64,000 nt of DNA from the NCBI GenBank assembly GCA_003153505.1, contig PLZA01000067.1, positions 5,229-69,228 on the forward strand, written 5' to 3'. This document shows positions 19,125-29,553 of this stretch, in pieces. The translations under genes and the position numbers were made by a program. The stretch is from Candidatus Dormiibacterota bacterium. GTDB lineage: Bacteria; Chloroflexota; Dormibacteria; Aeolococcales; Aeolococcaceae. The notes under the pieces were generated by a model, which was not told the DNA's origin, did not search any database, and worked only from the letters and a program-made list of their open reading frames with translations. Position 1 is the first letter of the stretch, and the number at the start of each line of letters is the position of its first letter.

Positions 19125-20579
19125 ATGTGGTCGGCTGCCGGGACGTGGCTGAGTCGCGTGTCCGTTCTCGTCGTCATCGTCGTGCTCGCGCGACACCTCG
19201 ACGCTCGCGAGTTCGGAGTCCTCGGGGTGGCCACACTCGCCGCGAACGTCGCTCTGCAGCTCGATGACGGCGGCCTGAGTGATGCGTTGGTGTGGTGGCG
19301 GGGGCTCGTTCGCGAGGCAGCCGAGACCGCACTCCTCGGATGCGTGGCACTTGGCGCGGCGATCGCTGGGGTTCTTGCTCTGGCTGCTCCGGCCATCGCC
19401 GCCGTCTTCCACGCGCCCGATGCGACGCCGCTGCTGCGCGTCTACGCCATCGCGGTTCTCGCGGATGCCATCTCGGGCGTTTACCTGGGGATGCTCACAC
19501 GTGAGTTGGCATTCCGCGCAAGGTTCTTCCCCGAGGTGGTGCCGGCATTGTGTGGGGGCCTGGTGACCGTGGGGTTCGCCCTGAACGGCGCCGGGGTCTG
19601 GTCGTTGGTCATCGGCGACGTTCTCTGCAGCGGGCTCCGGCTCGTCATCGGGTTCCTCATCGTCGGGCGGCGGATGGTTCCACGCTGGCACCGAGAAGTG
19701 GCTTTGGGATTGTGGCGCTACGGGCGCGCCGCTTTGTCCGGGTCATTCCTCGAGTTCGCATTGCAGAACGTCGACTACGCTCTCGTCGGCCTTCTTCTCG
19801 GCCCGGTCGCGCTAGGCCTGTACACCATCGCTTTCCGAGTAGCCATCCTCCCGTTTCTGATCGTGACGTATGTCATCGCCGGAGTCACATTCCCGCTCTA
19901 CGCGCGGATCACAACCGACAGTGCCGCAATTCAGCGGGTGATGCAGCTCACGATGCGAGCAAACTGCAGCCTGGTGTTTCTCATGGGCGCCGGGCTGGCG
20001 ACGCTGGCTCCTTTCCTCGAAGTGCTGGGCCTCCGCTGGCAACCTGCAGTGCCGGTAGCGCGGCTCCTCGGCGTTTACATCTGCTTCCGCTCAGCGGCCT
20101 TCATGCTGAGCATGCTCCTGCGCGTTGTCAGTCCCACGGCGAACGCACTGCTGCGCGGAACGTGGGTGCTGTTGCTGATTGCGCTCATCGCCACGGTCGG
20201 GCGGACCGGCATCACCGCCGTCGCGGCCATCCAGGTCGTCGTGGCTGCAGGGATGCTCGGCGCATCTCTCGTTGTAGCACGGAGACTGGCTGGAATCTCG
20301 ATCGCCACGCTTGTGGTGGATATGGCTCGCGCCGGCATCGCCGCGCTGATTGCAGCTGCTGCCACGATCGCATTGCACCAAGAAGTCGGCGCGCTGTCGA
20401 ATCCCACGTCCATCGGTGCTCTGTTGGTCCTTGGCGGCACCTTCTGTGGAGTGTACATACTCACGCTGGCGTTAATCATGCCTGGCGTCGGGGGCGATCT
20501 GCGCCGACTGCGAGCTGTGGCGGGCCGCACCGCACCGGGAGCCTCCGTTACTGCCCCAAGCACCCTTCCGTCGCAATGA
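19125..20579 (+). CDS. Wzx-type flippase (MOP superfamily polysaccharide biosynthesis protein)
   Basis: About 12-14 TM helices. Polysacc_synt N-terminal signature (LARHLDAREFGVLGVATLAANVAL). ATG at 19125. Confidence 0.8.
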   Translation: MWSAAGTWLSRVSVLVVIVVLARHLDAREFGVLGVATLAANVALQLDDGGLSDALVWWRGLVREAAETALLGCVALGAAIAGVLALAAPAIAAVFHAPDATPLLRVYAIAVLADAISGVYLGMLTRELAFRARFFPEVVPALCGGLVTVGFALNGAGVWSLVIGDVLCSGLRLVIGFLIVGRRMVPRWHREVALGLWRYGRAALSGSFLEFALQNVDYALVGLLLGPVALGLYTIAFRVAILPFLIVTYVIAGVTFPLYARITTDSAAIQRVMQLTMRANCSLVFLMGAGLATLAPFLEVLGLRWQPAVPVARLLGVYICFRSAAFMLSMLLRVVSPTANALLRGTWVLLLIALIATVGRTGITAVAAIQVVVAAGMLGASLVVARRLAGISIATLVVDMARAGIAALIAAAATIALHQEVGALSNPTSIGALLVLGGTFCGVYILTLALIMPGVGGDLRRLRAVAGRTAPGASVTAPSTLPSQ

Positions 20580-20627
20580 GACTGCAAACGCTGCAAAGAG
20601 TATGCGGGTCTTGACAGGGTTGCCACG

Positions 20628-21395
20628 ATGAGGCCGGCGGTCCGGGCGGCCGTTCGGGCGTGGGCGCGTGTGCCGCACCCGCGTGGACCCGGCCTGATGG
20701 TGCTCGGCTACCACCGCGTGGCCGAGCGCGACGACGACATGACTGTGCGTCCCTCGACGTTCGCGGCACACGTCGGTCGACTGGTCGCATACCGCAGGGA
20801 GGTGCCCGTCGTCGACCTCGACCGCGCTATTCGCAACCAACCTGACGGTTGGCCACGACGCGCCGTCGCGATCACCATTGATGACGCCTGGATGGATGTG
20901 CACACAAACGGTCTTCCCGTTTTGGTCGACGCGAAGATTCCCGTGACGATCTACGTTCCAAGCGGGCTGCTAGGCGCTCGCGATCACATGACAAGCACTC
21001 AGGTGTGTGAGTGGATTGATGCGGGGATGACAGTTGGTGGTCACTCGCGCAGTCACGCAGACCTGCGTAGCTGCAACGACGCCGAGCTAGAACGCGAGAT
21101 TCGCGGTTGCCGCGAAGACTTGGAGGATCTGCTCGGCGTCCCGGTGACGAGCTTTGCCTACCCGTTTGGCCACCTCGACCGGCGCGTGCGTGACGCCGTT
21201 GCCGCGGCCGGATTCACAAGTGCCGTATCCACCCGGCGTGGGTGGACACGCCCCGGCACTGACCCGCTGCGCATCCCGAGGTGCATTGTCGAAGACTTCG
21301 ACGCCGTCACGTTCCGCGCCGCGATCAAAGGCGGCCTGAATGTGCTGCGCGGACCAGATGCCGTGCGCGGCCGCTTCGGACGATCCGGGCCGTAG
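20628..21395 (+). CDS. Polysaccharide deacetylase (CE4, NodB homology)
   Basis: NodB motifs TIDDAW (TFDD-like), HSRSHADL (HxxxH), FAYPFG. Confidence 0.85.
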   Translation: MRPAVRAAVRAWARVPHPRGPGLMVLGYHRVAERDDDMTVRPSTFAAHVGRLVAYRREVPVVDLDRAIRNQPDGWPRRAVAITIDDAWMDVHTNGLPVLVDAKIPVTIYVPSGLLGARDHMTSTQVCEWIDAGMTVGGHSRSHADLRSCNDAELEREIRGCREDLEDLLGVPVTSFAYPFGHLDRRVRDAVAAAGFTSAVSTRRGWTRPGTDPLRIPRCIVEDFDAVTFRAAIKGGLNVLRGPDAVRGRFGRSGP

Positions 21396-21954
21396 GTCGA
21401 GCCGAGCTTTGTCGCGGAATGACAGTGGGCCTGACGTACCCGTTCCGTTGAGCCGACACATTCCATTGAGGAGCTGCGATGAATCTCGCCCGCGGAACGC
21501 GTTCAGGCGCACTTGAACCGGCTCACTCGAGGGCCGCCGACGCCGTCGCTGCACCACCGTTCCCCGGCCGCTTCACCGGCGCTGCCGCACCCAGCCCCGC
21601 ACTTGTCGCTGTGCTCGCATCGCGGCTCGCTGCGAACCTCTTCATGCGCGACGGGCGTGTCGCGATCCACGTCGCCGACAGCCACCGCGACGACGCCGTC
21701 ACTCGGCGACTCGGCGACGAAAGCGGAATCATCATGCTGCCCTGCCAGCAACCGAGTAACTAAGGACATCTGCCGGCGAGCTACTCGTCGCCCTTGACCC
21801 TCCGAGACCACTGCGGTGAGCACACCGCGCTCAGCTTGATCGTGGGGTCGCCCGCGTGACGCGACGCCGCCTATTGCCTACGAACCACGATGTCATCGAC
21901 GGGAGGGCGCGGGCTCCTTGACCTTGGCGCCGTCGAGCGGGTCCGAGCCTCACC

Positions 21955-23547
21955 TTACTCGAGCATTTGAAGCCCAGGAAGCGTAAGGAATTCGACGAAG
22001 TCTGGGGACAACGTCAACTGCTTCACAAGCTCCAGTGCATCTACCCAGCGGCCTTGAGAGTAGTTCACGCCTACCACCGAACGAATACGGTCGAATTCCT
22101 CCGCGGTGAGCCGCGAGACCAGCTCTCGTGTGACCACCGCGCCGCTTTCGGTGTGAACACCGTGTCGGATCCACTGCCAGATCTGGGATCGGGCGATCTC
22201 AGCCGTTGCGGCATCCTCCATAAGGCTATTGATAGTCACTGCGCCGTTCCCTCGCAGCCAGGATTCCAGGTACTGGAGAGTTACGCTGAGATTCGCACGC
22301 AAGCCGTTCTCGGTAACGGAGCCCCCGGGAACCTTGAGATCGAGCATTGGCTCAGGCTTGACCGAACCGTCCTCGCGATGCCGATGCAACTGGTTGGGAC
22401 GACTCCCGAGGACCCCGTCGAACACTTTATTCGCGACCTGCACAAGATCTGGGTGCGCGACCCATGTGCCGTCGAAGCCGTCGGTGGACTCGCGCTCTTT
22501 GTCTTCTCGGACCCGGACAAGAGCGCTCTCGTTGAGCTCGCGATCCCTCCGGTTGGGGACATATGCAGACATTCCGCCAATCGCGTGCGCGCCGCGATGA
22601 TGACAGGTCCGTATCAGCCGGTCCGTGTAAGCGCGCATGAACGGCACGGTCATCGTGATCTCAGCACGGTCGGGGAGAACACAGTCGGGACTATTCCGGA
22701 ACTTCTTGATGATGCTGAAGATGTAATCCCAACGACCGGCGTTGAGCCCGGCGGCGCGACTGCGGAGTTCGAAGAGAATCTCATCCATCTCAAACGCAGC
22801 CAAAATGGTCTCGATGAGCACCGTGGCCTTTACGCAACCGTTAGGCAGCCCTAACCTCCCTTCGGCGTAACTGAAGACATCGTTCCAGAGTCGCGCCTCG
22901 AGGTGGCCCTCGAGTTTGGCCAAGTAGAGGTAGGGACCGCTGCCAGCGTCCAGGAGTTGCCGGGCGTTGTGGAAGAGGAAGAGCCCGGCGTCGAACAAGC
23001 TCGCTGACATCGGCTTGCCGCCGATGGCGATGTGCGACTCCTGGAGGTGCCAGCCACGGGGACGCACCATCAGGGTCGCGGTGTGTTCGGCGAGACGGTA
23101 GACCTTGGCCTCCGGCGACGAAAACTCGATCGTCCGAGCTACGGCGTCGATAAGGTTTACGTGTCCCTGGACAATGTTCTCCCATGTCGGCGAGAGGGAG
23201 TCTTCAAGATCGGCCATGAAGACGCGAGCACCCGAGTTGAGAGCGTTGATCATCATCTTGCGCTCGACCGGACCGGTGATCTCGCAGCGCCGGTCCTGGA
23301 GGTCAGGTGGGGTCGGTGCGATCAGCCAGTCCCCCTCACGGATTTCTTGGGTGCCGACTAGAAACGCGGGTTGCTCCCCGGCAGTGATTCTGACCTGGCG
23401 CTCGTCTCGAACCCGTAGAAGTTGCTCGCGTTCGCCTTCGAAGAGGTGGTGCAGGCCCGAGAGAAAGCTGAGCGCCTCTGGCGTCAGCACCTCGTCGGCT
23501 CGGACGACGCTGTTTTCCAGAATGTGGATATCAGCGTCGACTTCCAT
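21955..23547 (-). CDS. aceB: Malate synthase A
   Basis: Full-length match to malate synthase A hallmarks (…[21 protein letters not shown]…; catalytic Arg/Asp regions). Confidence 0.95.
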   Translation of the reverse strand: MEVDADIHILENSVVRADEVLTPEALSFLSGLHHLFEGEREQLLRVRDERQVRITAGEQPAFLVGTQEIREGDWLIAPTPPDLQDRRCEITGPVERKMMINALNSGARVFMADLEDSLSPTWENIVQGHVNLIDAVARTIEFSSPEAKVYRLAEHTATLMVRPRGWHLQESHIAIGGKPMSASLFDAGLFLFHNARQLLDAGSGPYLYLAKLEGHLEARLWNDVFSYAEGRLGLPNGCVKATVLIETILAAFEMDEILFELRSRAAGLNAGRWDYIFSIIKKFRNSPDCVLPDRAEITMTVPFMRAYTDRLIRTCHHRGAHAIGGMSAYVPNRRDRELNESALVRVREDKERESTDGFDGTWVAHPDLVQVANKVFDGVLGSRPNQLHRHREDGSVKPEPMLDLKVPGGSVTENGLRANLSVTLQYLESWLRGNGAVTINSLMEDAATAEIARSQIWQWIRHGVHTESGAVVTRELVSRLTAEEFDRIRSVVGVNYSQGRWVDALELVKQLTLSPDFVEFLTLPGLQMLE

Positions 23548-23664
23548 CGCTGGCGCTCCTCGTCATGCGTTGGTGACCCCGCGGAACCAGGGTCAGGATC
23601 TTCAGTGGCAACGCTACGGAGAAGCGGACCACACAGCCGCTACGGTCATCAGGGTTGTCGTGAC

Positions 23665-24048
23665 CTAACCACGACTCGTTTGGCGCAGATACTCTCGCCA
23701 GCCGCCGAAGTGAGTGATGTCGCGGACGCCCGGAGCTCCCAGACACTCCCGTCGCAACCGCATCGACAGTGCCCCACCCCCGTCCTCGAGCTCGATGACA
23801 CTGAGTTCGAGTTCGGCAGGCTCGCCTGGCAGGAGGCTGTCGCGAAGAAGCTCATAGCTCAGCTCATAGACCTCCCCCGCGATCGCGCCGCCGTCCGCAG
23901 CGGGATAGAGGCCAGGGAATTCATCGCGAACGCTATAAAAGTGGTATTTCGCGGCCGTACGCGTCGCGGCTACAAGTTCACTTCCCTTGAGGAGGTGATG
24001 CATCGAGCCGCCGCCCATGGCCGTTCCGTTCAAGAACATCCTTGGCAC
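23665..24048 (-). CDS. Standalone allophanate-hydrolase C-terminal-like / gamma-glutamylcyclotransferase-fold protein
   Basis: FLNGTAMGGGSMHHLL...GEVYELSYELL...HFGGWREYL resembles the GGCT-like C-terminal domain of allophanate hydrolases. Confidence 0.5.
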   Translation of the reverse strand: MPRMFLNGTAMGGGSMHHLLKGSELVAATRTAAKYHFYSVRDEFPGLYPAADGGAIAGEVYELSYELLRDSLLPGEPAELELSVIELEDGGGALSMRLRRECLGAPGVRDITHFGGWREYLRQTSRG

Positions 24049-24434
24049 AGCGATCAGCGCCCACCGGCCAGCGCCCAGTGGGCGGCTGGCGCGACAACCA
24101 GGTCGTCCTCACTCCGACTTCGGAGATCCAACACGCTGATGCTGAGGGTTCGCATGAGCCCCTCGTGCGGTCCTCTCCGCCCCTCACCCGATAACCGTTT
24201 CATCTGTCCTTAATCTCCACCATCCGGAAGTGATCTTTTGTCGTTCGGAAGGAGCCGAGGCTCATTCGAAGTTGACTTTGCTGCCACCGGGACCCATTAT
24301 GGCGCCTGGATGGATCCAGATGCTATCGGGCCGGCGATGGCCCTCCGCCGTTCACGACCTCACCGTCTGCTCGTGAAGGTTCCTCGCGCAGGTCCTTCTG
24401 AAGTAACGGTCCCCTCGAATCATGTGGCCACCTG

Positions 24435-25853
24435 GTGGCTTCGTCGAAGTTGGCGCGCCTTGTAATCCGCGGTGGCACGGTCATCACCGCCTCCTCGAAT
24501 CAGTTGGCAGACGTGCTCGTCGAGGACCGCGTGGTGGCCGCGGTCACCGCTACCGGATCGGACCTGAGCAGAAACTTTTCTGAGGCAGCCGACAGAGTCC
24601 TCGACGCGACCGGCAGGTACGTGATCCCCGGCGGCGTCGACGTGCATACACACATGGAAATGCCGTTTGGTGAGACGTACACGTCCGACACGTTCGAAAC
24701 CGGCACGCGAGCGGCCATCTGGGGGGGGACCACGACGATCGTCGATTTTGCTATCCAGTCCCATGGTGCCTCCCTACAAGATGGCTTGGAGACCTGGTCG
24801 CGGAAGGCGGCCGGCAACTGCGCTACTGACTACGGTTTCCACATGGTCCTCACCGACGTCAACGAGTCAACGCTGCGCGAGATGGATCAGCTGGTCGAGC
24901 AGGGAGTGACCAGCTTCAAGATGTTTATGGCGTATCCCGGCGTCTTCTACTCCACCGACGGACAGATCCTTGCCGCGATGCAGCGTGCGGCCGGCAATGG
25001 CGCCCTCATCCAGATGCACGCCGAGAATGGCATCGCCATCGATCGTCTTGTCACCGAGGCACTCGCGCGCGGCGACGTTTCCCCTCGATTCCACGGGTCG
25101 ACGAGACCCGCAGCCCTCGAAGGGGAGGCGACACATCGGGCAATTCAGCTCGCTCGTGTGTCGGGGTCGCCGCTTTACATCGTTCACCTTTCCGCAGAGG
25201 AGGCGCTCGCGGAGGTGCTCGACGCCCGCGATCGCGGGCAGTCCGTTTTCGCTGAAACGTGCCCGCACTACCTCTTTCTCACCCAGCATGAAATGGCACG
25301 AGATGGATTCGACGGCGCCAAATTTGTCTGCTCACCACCGCTTCGGTCCCACGATGACCAGAACGCCCTCTGGCGCGGTCTCGTCACCGATGACCTAAGT
25401 GTCGTCGCAACGGATCACTGCCCCTTCTGCTTCAAAGAGCAGAAGGAACTCGGTCGCGGCGACTTCTCAAAGATCCCCAACGGCGTCCCCGGGGTTGAGC
25501 ACCGGATGGACCTGCTTTATCAGGGCGTGCTGCAGGGAAAACTCACCCTATCGCGATGGGTCGAGGTCACCGCAACCGCACCCGCTCGGATGTTCGGACT
25601 CTATCCGCAGAAGGGGAGCCTGCAGCCGGGGGCCGACGCTGACATCGTGATCTATGACCCAAGGACGCAGGCGACCATCTCTGCCGAGACGCACCACATG
25701 TCGATCGACTACTCGTGCTACGAAGGCATGACTGTGATGGGTCAAGTGGAGACGGTCTTGCTGCGCGGCTCCGTCGTGCTGGACAAGCGCCAGTACGTCG
25801 GGACGCCCTCTGGACGATTCATCGCTCGGGGGCTTTGCCAGTACGCTCGCTGA
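24435..25853 (+). CDS. Dihydropyrimidinase / D-hydantoinase (cyclic amidohydrolase)
   Basis: Metal-binding HxH (DVHTHMEMP), carboxylated-Lys region (SFKMFMAY), …VATDHCPF…. Start may be a few codons downstream. Confidence 0.9.
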   Translation: MASSKLARLVIRGGTVITASSNQLADVLVEDRVVAAVTATGSDLSRNFSEAADRVLDATGRYVIPGGVDVHTHMEMPFGETYTSDTFETGTRAAIWGGTTTIVDFAIQSHGASLQDGLETWSRKAAGNCATDYGFHMVLTDVNESTLREMDQLVEQGVTSFKMFMAYPGVFYSTDGQILAAMQRAAGNGALIQMHAENGIAIDRLVTEALARGDVSPRFHGSTRPAALEGEATHRAIQLARVSGSPLYIVHLSAEEALAEVLDARDRGQSVFAETCPHYLFLTQHEMARDGFDGAKFVCSPPLRSHDDQNALWRGLVTDDLSVVATDHCPFCFKEQKELGRGDFSKIPNGVPGVEHRMDLLYQGVLQGKLTLSRWVEVTATAPARMFGLYPQKGSLQPGADADIVIYDPRTQATISAETHHMSIDYSCYEGMTVMGQVETVLLRGSVVLDKRQYVGTPSGRFIARGLCQYAR

Positions 25854-26018
25854 ATCAGGCGCGGGTTCGAACTCGGGCATGGTGCGCGTCCGTATGCCTC
25901 GGCGAGCACCTCCAGGAAGTGGTCCGATGGTCGAAAGCCGTGCATCGCACGGGACATGAGCCATGGACACTTGGCTGATTTGACGAGCGAGCCTTTCGGG
26001 ACTCATAATGGCGCCTAG

Positions 26019-26678
26019 ATGGATCCCGGAGGTTTTCAGAGGACGCCGACTGCCGTACGACGAATTGAAGCGGAGCTTAGGTCAGATATCTTGGCTGGGA
26101 ATTTAGCTCCCGGCACGGTCCTGCATCAAGAGGCGCTGGCTTCGCGTTATCACACCGGCAGAACGCCCGTTCGCCAAGCACTCGTCGCTCTCGAAGGAGA
26201 AGGCTTGGTTTCATTGCCGACTGGACGGACCGCGATCGTGAGCGAAGTGACCGCAAAGATGCTGGTGGAGCTCGTGGAGATGCGCTTGCTTCTCGAGCCG
26301 TTCATGGCCGGCAGAGCCGCAACCAACATGCCGACGTCTGTAATCGTCGAACTCCAAGAGCGCGTTCAAGAAGCACGGGGCGCAGCCAACGGGCCTGACG
26401 TTGTGAATACCGTGGATCAGTTGGTGCACGCAACGTTCTCCGCGTGGTGTGGGAACGCTCGCATGGCTCGAACCGTGAATGATCTCCATGCGATGCTCGC
26501 TCTCGCGCGGGTTCAGGACCTCGCGTCGCGGCATGCCGATGTCCTCTCAAGTCTCGAATCAATACTCCGGGCGGCGGCCGCCCGCGACGCGGATGCGACA
26601 GAGGTTGAGATGAGGGAACACATCCGACCCTTCACGACATACTTTGCGTCTCCGTCGCATGGGCCGATGGACCGCTGA
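26019..26678 (+). CDS. GntR-family transcriptional regulator (FadR/FCD subfamily)
   Basis: N-terminal wHTH (LHQEALASRYHTGRTPVRQAL) plus C-terminal FCD-type helical domain. Confidence 0.85.
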   Translation: MDPGGFQRTPTAVRRIEAELRSDILAGNLAPGTVLHQEALASRYHTGRTPVRQALVALEGEGLVSLPTGRTAIVSEVTAKMLVELVEMRLLLEPFMAGRAATNMPTSVIVELQERVQEARGAANGPDVVNTVDQLVHATFSAWCGNARMARTVNDLHAMLALARVQDLASRHADVLSSLESILRAAAARDADATEVEMREHIRPFTTYFASPSHGPMDR

Positions 26679-26849
26679 GGGAGGCATGTGTTCGTGCTCG
26701 TCGGCAGATTGCGGGTATGTGCATGTGCACATACACCACCTTCGCGGCCCTGCCACCGAAGTCATCGTATTCGAGCAACCGGTGCCGCCGTCAGTGATGC
26801 CACGCCTTCAAGAATCAGACGTGACGTGGCCCCGGATCGGAGTCAGTGA

Positions 26850-27179
26850 GTGAACGGGCCGTTGGCGCGGGCTCAGCATCCCGGCTCGGAATCCCATGGG
26901 AGCGATGTCGGTCAGGACGATCTCGGATCCGCGACGTCGTTCAAATGGAATGGCAGTCCGAAGCAAGGATTTTCTCAACAGGTGGTCGCAGCGGCTCTCA
27001 TTGCGGCTGGCGAAGTCGACTTCGGACGGCCGATACGCACGGGCGGCGCGCGTAGTCTCTATTGCGGTATGGGCGTTTGTTGGGAATGCTGCGTGCTCAC
27101 TCCGTCCGGGGAGATCGTTCGGGCGTGCCTAGAGCGGGTCGAGGACCATCCGGTGATGAATTCGGCGCCGCCCGCTTGA
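26850..27179 (+). CDS. (2Fe-2S)-binding small subunit (HcnA / opine-oxidase subunit-like)
   Basis: FKWNGSPKQGFSQQVVAAALIAAGE...YCGMGVCWECCV cysteine pattern. Start probably internal. Confidence 0.7.
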   Translation: MNGPLARAQHPGSESHGSDVGQDDLGSATSFKWNGSPKQGFSQQVVAAALIAAGEVDFGRPIRTGGARSLYCGMGVCWECCVLTPSGEIVRACLERVEDHPVMNSAPPA

Positions 27180-27185
27180 GCATCT

Positions 27186-28592
27186 ATGGAGCAGTTTGAA
27201 ACCGACGTCTTGATCATCGGCGGCGGCCCCGCTGGCATGGCGGCCGCCGTGGAAGCTTCTGCTATCGGCGTGTCTGTTCTGCTCATCGACGACCGTGAAA
27301 ACCTGGGCGGTCAAGCGTATCGGCATCTCGCGCCGCGAGGACGACAGGACACTCCTGGCCACGATTCGGCAAGCCAGCGGCGCGGGATATCGCTGCTTGG
27401 CGAGATACGCGTTGCGCCGATCTCGCAATGGCTGCAATCGACTGTGTTGGATCTACGCGCCGGCGAGGCGATCGCCTCCCGCGCACGCACCGGTCTGGCC
27501 CGTGTGCGGTTCCGTACGTGTGTCGTCGCGACGGGTGCTTACGATTCGCCTTATCCGGTACCGGGTTGGACCACGCCGGGGGTTATGGGTGCCGGCGGGG
27601 CGAGCGCGCTGGTGCGGAACTTGCACTCCGGGGCAGGCATGCGGGCGATCATCGCTGGCACCGGACCGATGCTCATAACGTTCGCTGCTGAGATCCTGAG
27701 AGCTGGCGTCCACCTCGAAGGCGTCTTCGAGAGTGCTCCGAGACCCGGACCAAGACATGCGAATACTGCGCTGAAGGCACCATTCGCCGATCGCGCTGGA
27801 TCCCTCGAACTCGCCAGCAATTTGCTCTTCCTTAGACGACGAGGCGTGCGCGTCCATTGGGGCATGCGCGTGCAGGAAGTTGGCAACAGTGACCAGGGCC
27901 GATGGGTGACGGTGTGCTCGACAGCCACGAAGTCGTCAAAGACCGTGGTTAGTACGCGGATTGACCGCCTAGACCTCGTGTGTCTTGGTTACGGGTTGAC
28001 CCCGTCGGTTGATTTACTTCGGCTCAGCGGCGCCGATGTCCAGTGGCTTCGACCCGACGCCTTTCCGTCGGCTGCTCACGGATCCAACCTGAGGACCACC
28101 GTACCGAGCATCTTCGCCGCTGGGGACTGTGCATCCATCATGGGGGCCTTCGGGGCAGAGGCGGGGGGACGACTTGCAGGCCTCACTGCTGGCGCCGAAG
28201 CGGGACGGATTACGCCAACGCGGTCACTGGTAAGCCACCAAAAGGTGCTTCGCCGCACCCTCAGCCGAGCCGTACGGCTCAAGCGGACCGTTGAGCGGAT
28301 CTATGGAGTTCCGAGTTGGCCGCAGGCGGCGTTGCGGGACGACACCCTCGTGTGTCGCTGCGAAGGCATCTCGCTGAACAGTGTTCGTCAATCTGCTGAG
28401 GAGTGGTCTTCCGACGCGGAAACAGTCAGGGCTATGACACGTCTGGGGATGGGTTGGTGTCAGGGCCGCAACTGCCTCGCCAGAACACTTCGAATCGTTG
28501 CTGGAAGCGACGAGGCACGCTACGAGTGGTGGCCCACTGCGAGACCGCCGGCGCGGCCTGTTGTGATCGCAGACATCGTCGGCGCGCCGTGA
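27186..28592 (+). CDS. FAD/NAD(P)-binding oxidoreductase with BFD-like [2Fe-2S] domain (HcnB / OoxA-like)
   Basis: DVLIIGGGPAGMAAA dinucleotide motif. Second Rossmann motif IIAGTGPM. CRCEGIS BFD-like cysteine motif. Confidence 0.8.
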   Translation: MEQFETDVLIIGGGPAGMAAAVEASAIGVSVLLIDDRENLGGQAYRHLAPRGRQDTPGHDSASQRRGISLLGEIRVAPISQWLQSTVLDLRAGEAIASRARTGLARVRFRTCVVATGAYDSPYPVPGWTTPGVMGAGGASALVRNLHSGAGMRAIIAGTGPMLITFAAEILRAGVHLEGVFESAPRPGPRHANTALKAPFADRAGSLELASNLLFLRRRGVRVHWGMRVQEVGNSDQGRWVTVCSTATKSSKTVVSTRIDRLDLVCLGYGLTPSVDLLRLSGADVQWLRPDAFPSAAHGSNLRTTVPSIFAAGDCASIMGAFGAEAGGRLAGLTAGAEAGRITPTRSLVSHQKVLRRTLSRAVRLKRTVERIYGVPSWPQAALRDDTLVCRCEGISLNSVRQSAEEWSSDAETVRAMTRLGMGWCQGRNCLARTLRIVAGSDEARYEWWPTARPPARPVVIADIVGAP

Positions 28593-28626
28593 GTTAGCCG
28601 GGTTCACACAAAAAGGGAGCAACGTA

Positions 28627-29553
28627 ATGGCGAATCGCGACCTCGTGTCGTGGCGTGGTTACTGGCCCGCATCGACGACGCCTTTCGACGCTCAGGGACA
28701 CCTGGACCTCGCGATGCTGAGCGCCCTGATGGATTTGTACGTATCGCAGGGTATGCACGGAATCGTGGTCAACGGTTCATCTGGAGAGTGGTTCAGCCAG
28801 ACGACGGATGAACGGCGAGCCGTGGCCGACGCCGCGGTCTCGGCAGTAGGCGGACGTGTGCCCGTGCTCGTCGGCTGCAGCTCATTGCGTTTTGCTGACA
28901 CGTTGGACTTGCTTGCGCATGCAGCATCTACCGGTGCGGCCGGCGCCCTCGTGAGCTTGCCGCCATACATGGTTCCGGATGAACGGGAAGCAGTTTCGTA
29001 CTTCGAAGCAGTAGCCGCCGCATCGTCGATTCCGATCATGGCGTACAACTGGCCGCCCGGCACGAACGTCGATATGTCTGCCTCCCTGCTCGAGCGTATC
29101 GCGGCCATCAGCAACGTCGTCGCGGTGAAGGAGAGCACGATCGATGGTGCCAAGGCCATCGAGACCGCGCGCCTTCTTTCTCCGGAGGTACGGGTATTCG
29201 TCGACTTGATGAGCTCATCCGGAGTCGACGTTCTCACGCAAGTCGGCGGAGATGGGTATATCGGGGGCGGAGCCCTTCTCGGCCGCGCTCTTCCTCGGTT
29301 CTACGAGGCAATCTGGAGGGGGGATCTGGCCGAGGCCCGCGCGCTCGGCGACACCGTCTCAGCATTCAACGCGGCACTCACGAACAGAGACTGGAGCGGC
29401 GTCTTCGGGCCGGCGCAAAGCCAGCTCAAGGCGGCGATGAACATACTTGGGCAGCCGGGTGGCTTCCCGCGGTTCCCGCGGCGCGTTTTGAACGATGACG
29501 AGACCTTGGAGCGCCTGGCGACGGCACTGAGCCCAGCCCACGCGTGGCAGTGA
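28627..29553 (+). CDS. DapA/NAL-family aldolase-like protein (dihydrodipicolinate synthase family; possibly pyrroline-4-hydroxy-2-carboxylate deaminase-like)
   Basis: GIVVNGSSGEW, Schiff-base Lys region (VVAVKEST), about 300-aa TIM barrel. Confidence 0.8.
   Translation: MANRDLVSWRGYWPASTTPFDAQGHLDLAMLSALMDLYVSQGMHGIVVNGSSGEWFSQTTDERRAVADAAVSAVGGRVPVLVGCSSLRFADTLDLLAHAASTGAAGALVSLPPYMVPDEREAVSYFEAVAAASSIPIMAYNWPPGTNVDMSASLLERIAAISNVVAVKESTIDGAKAIETARLLSPEVRVFVDLMSSSGVDVLTQVGGDGYIGGGALLGRALPRFYEAIWRGDLAEARALGDTVSAFNAALTNRDWSGVFGPAQSQLKAAMNILGQPGGFPRFPRRVLNDDETLERLATALSPAHAWQ

Noticed and set aside
19550-20614. 354-aa plus-strand ORF
   Set aside because: Alternative frame of the Wzx gene. Arg/His-rich, no TM helices, whereas the Wzx frame gives a coherent 12-TM protein.
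21479-21763. 94-aa ORF in the 560-bp gap between the deacetylase and aceB
   Set aside because: Ala/Arg-rich with no RBS or motif. Equally long ORFs on the opposite strand. Kept as possibly non-coding.
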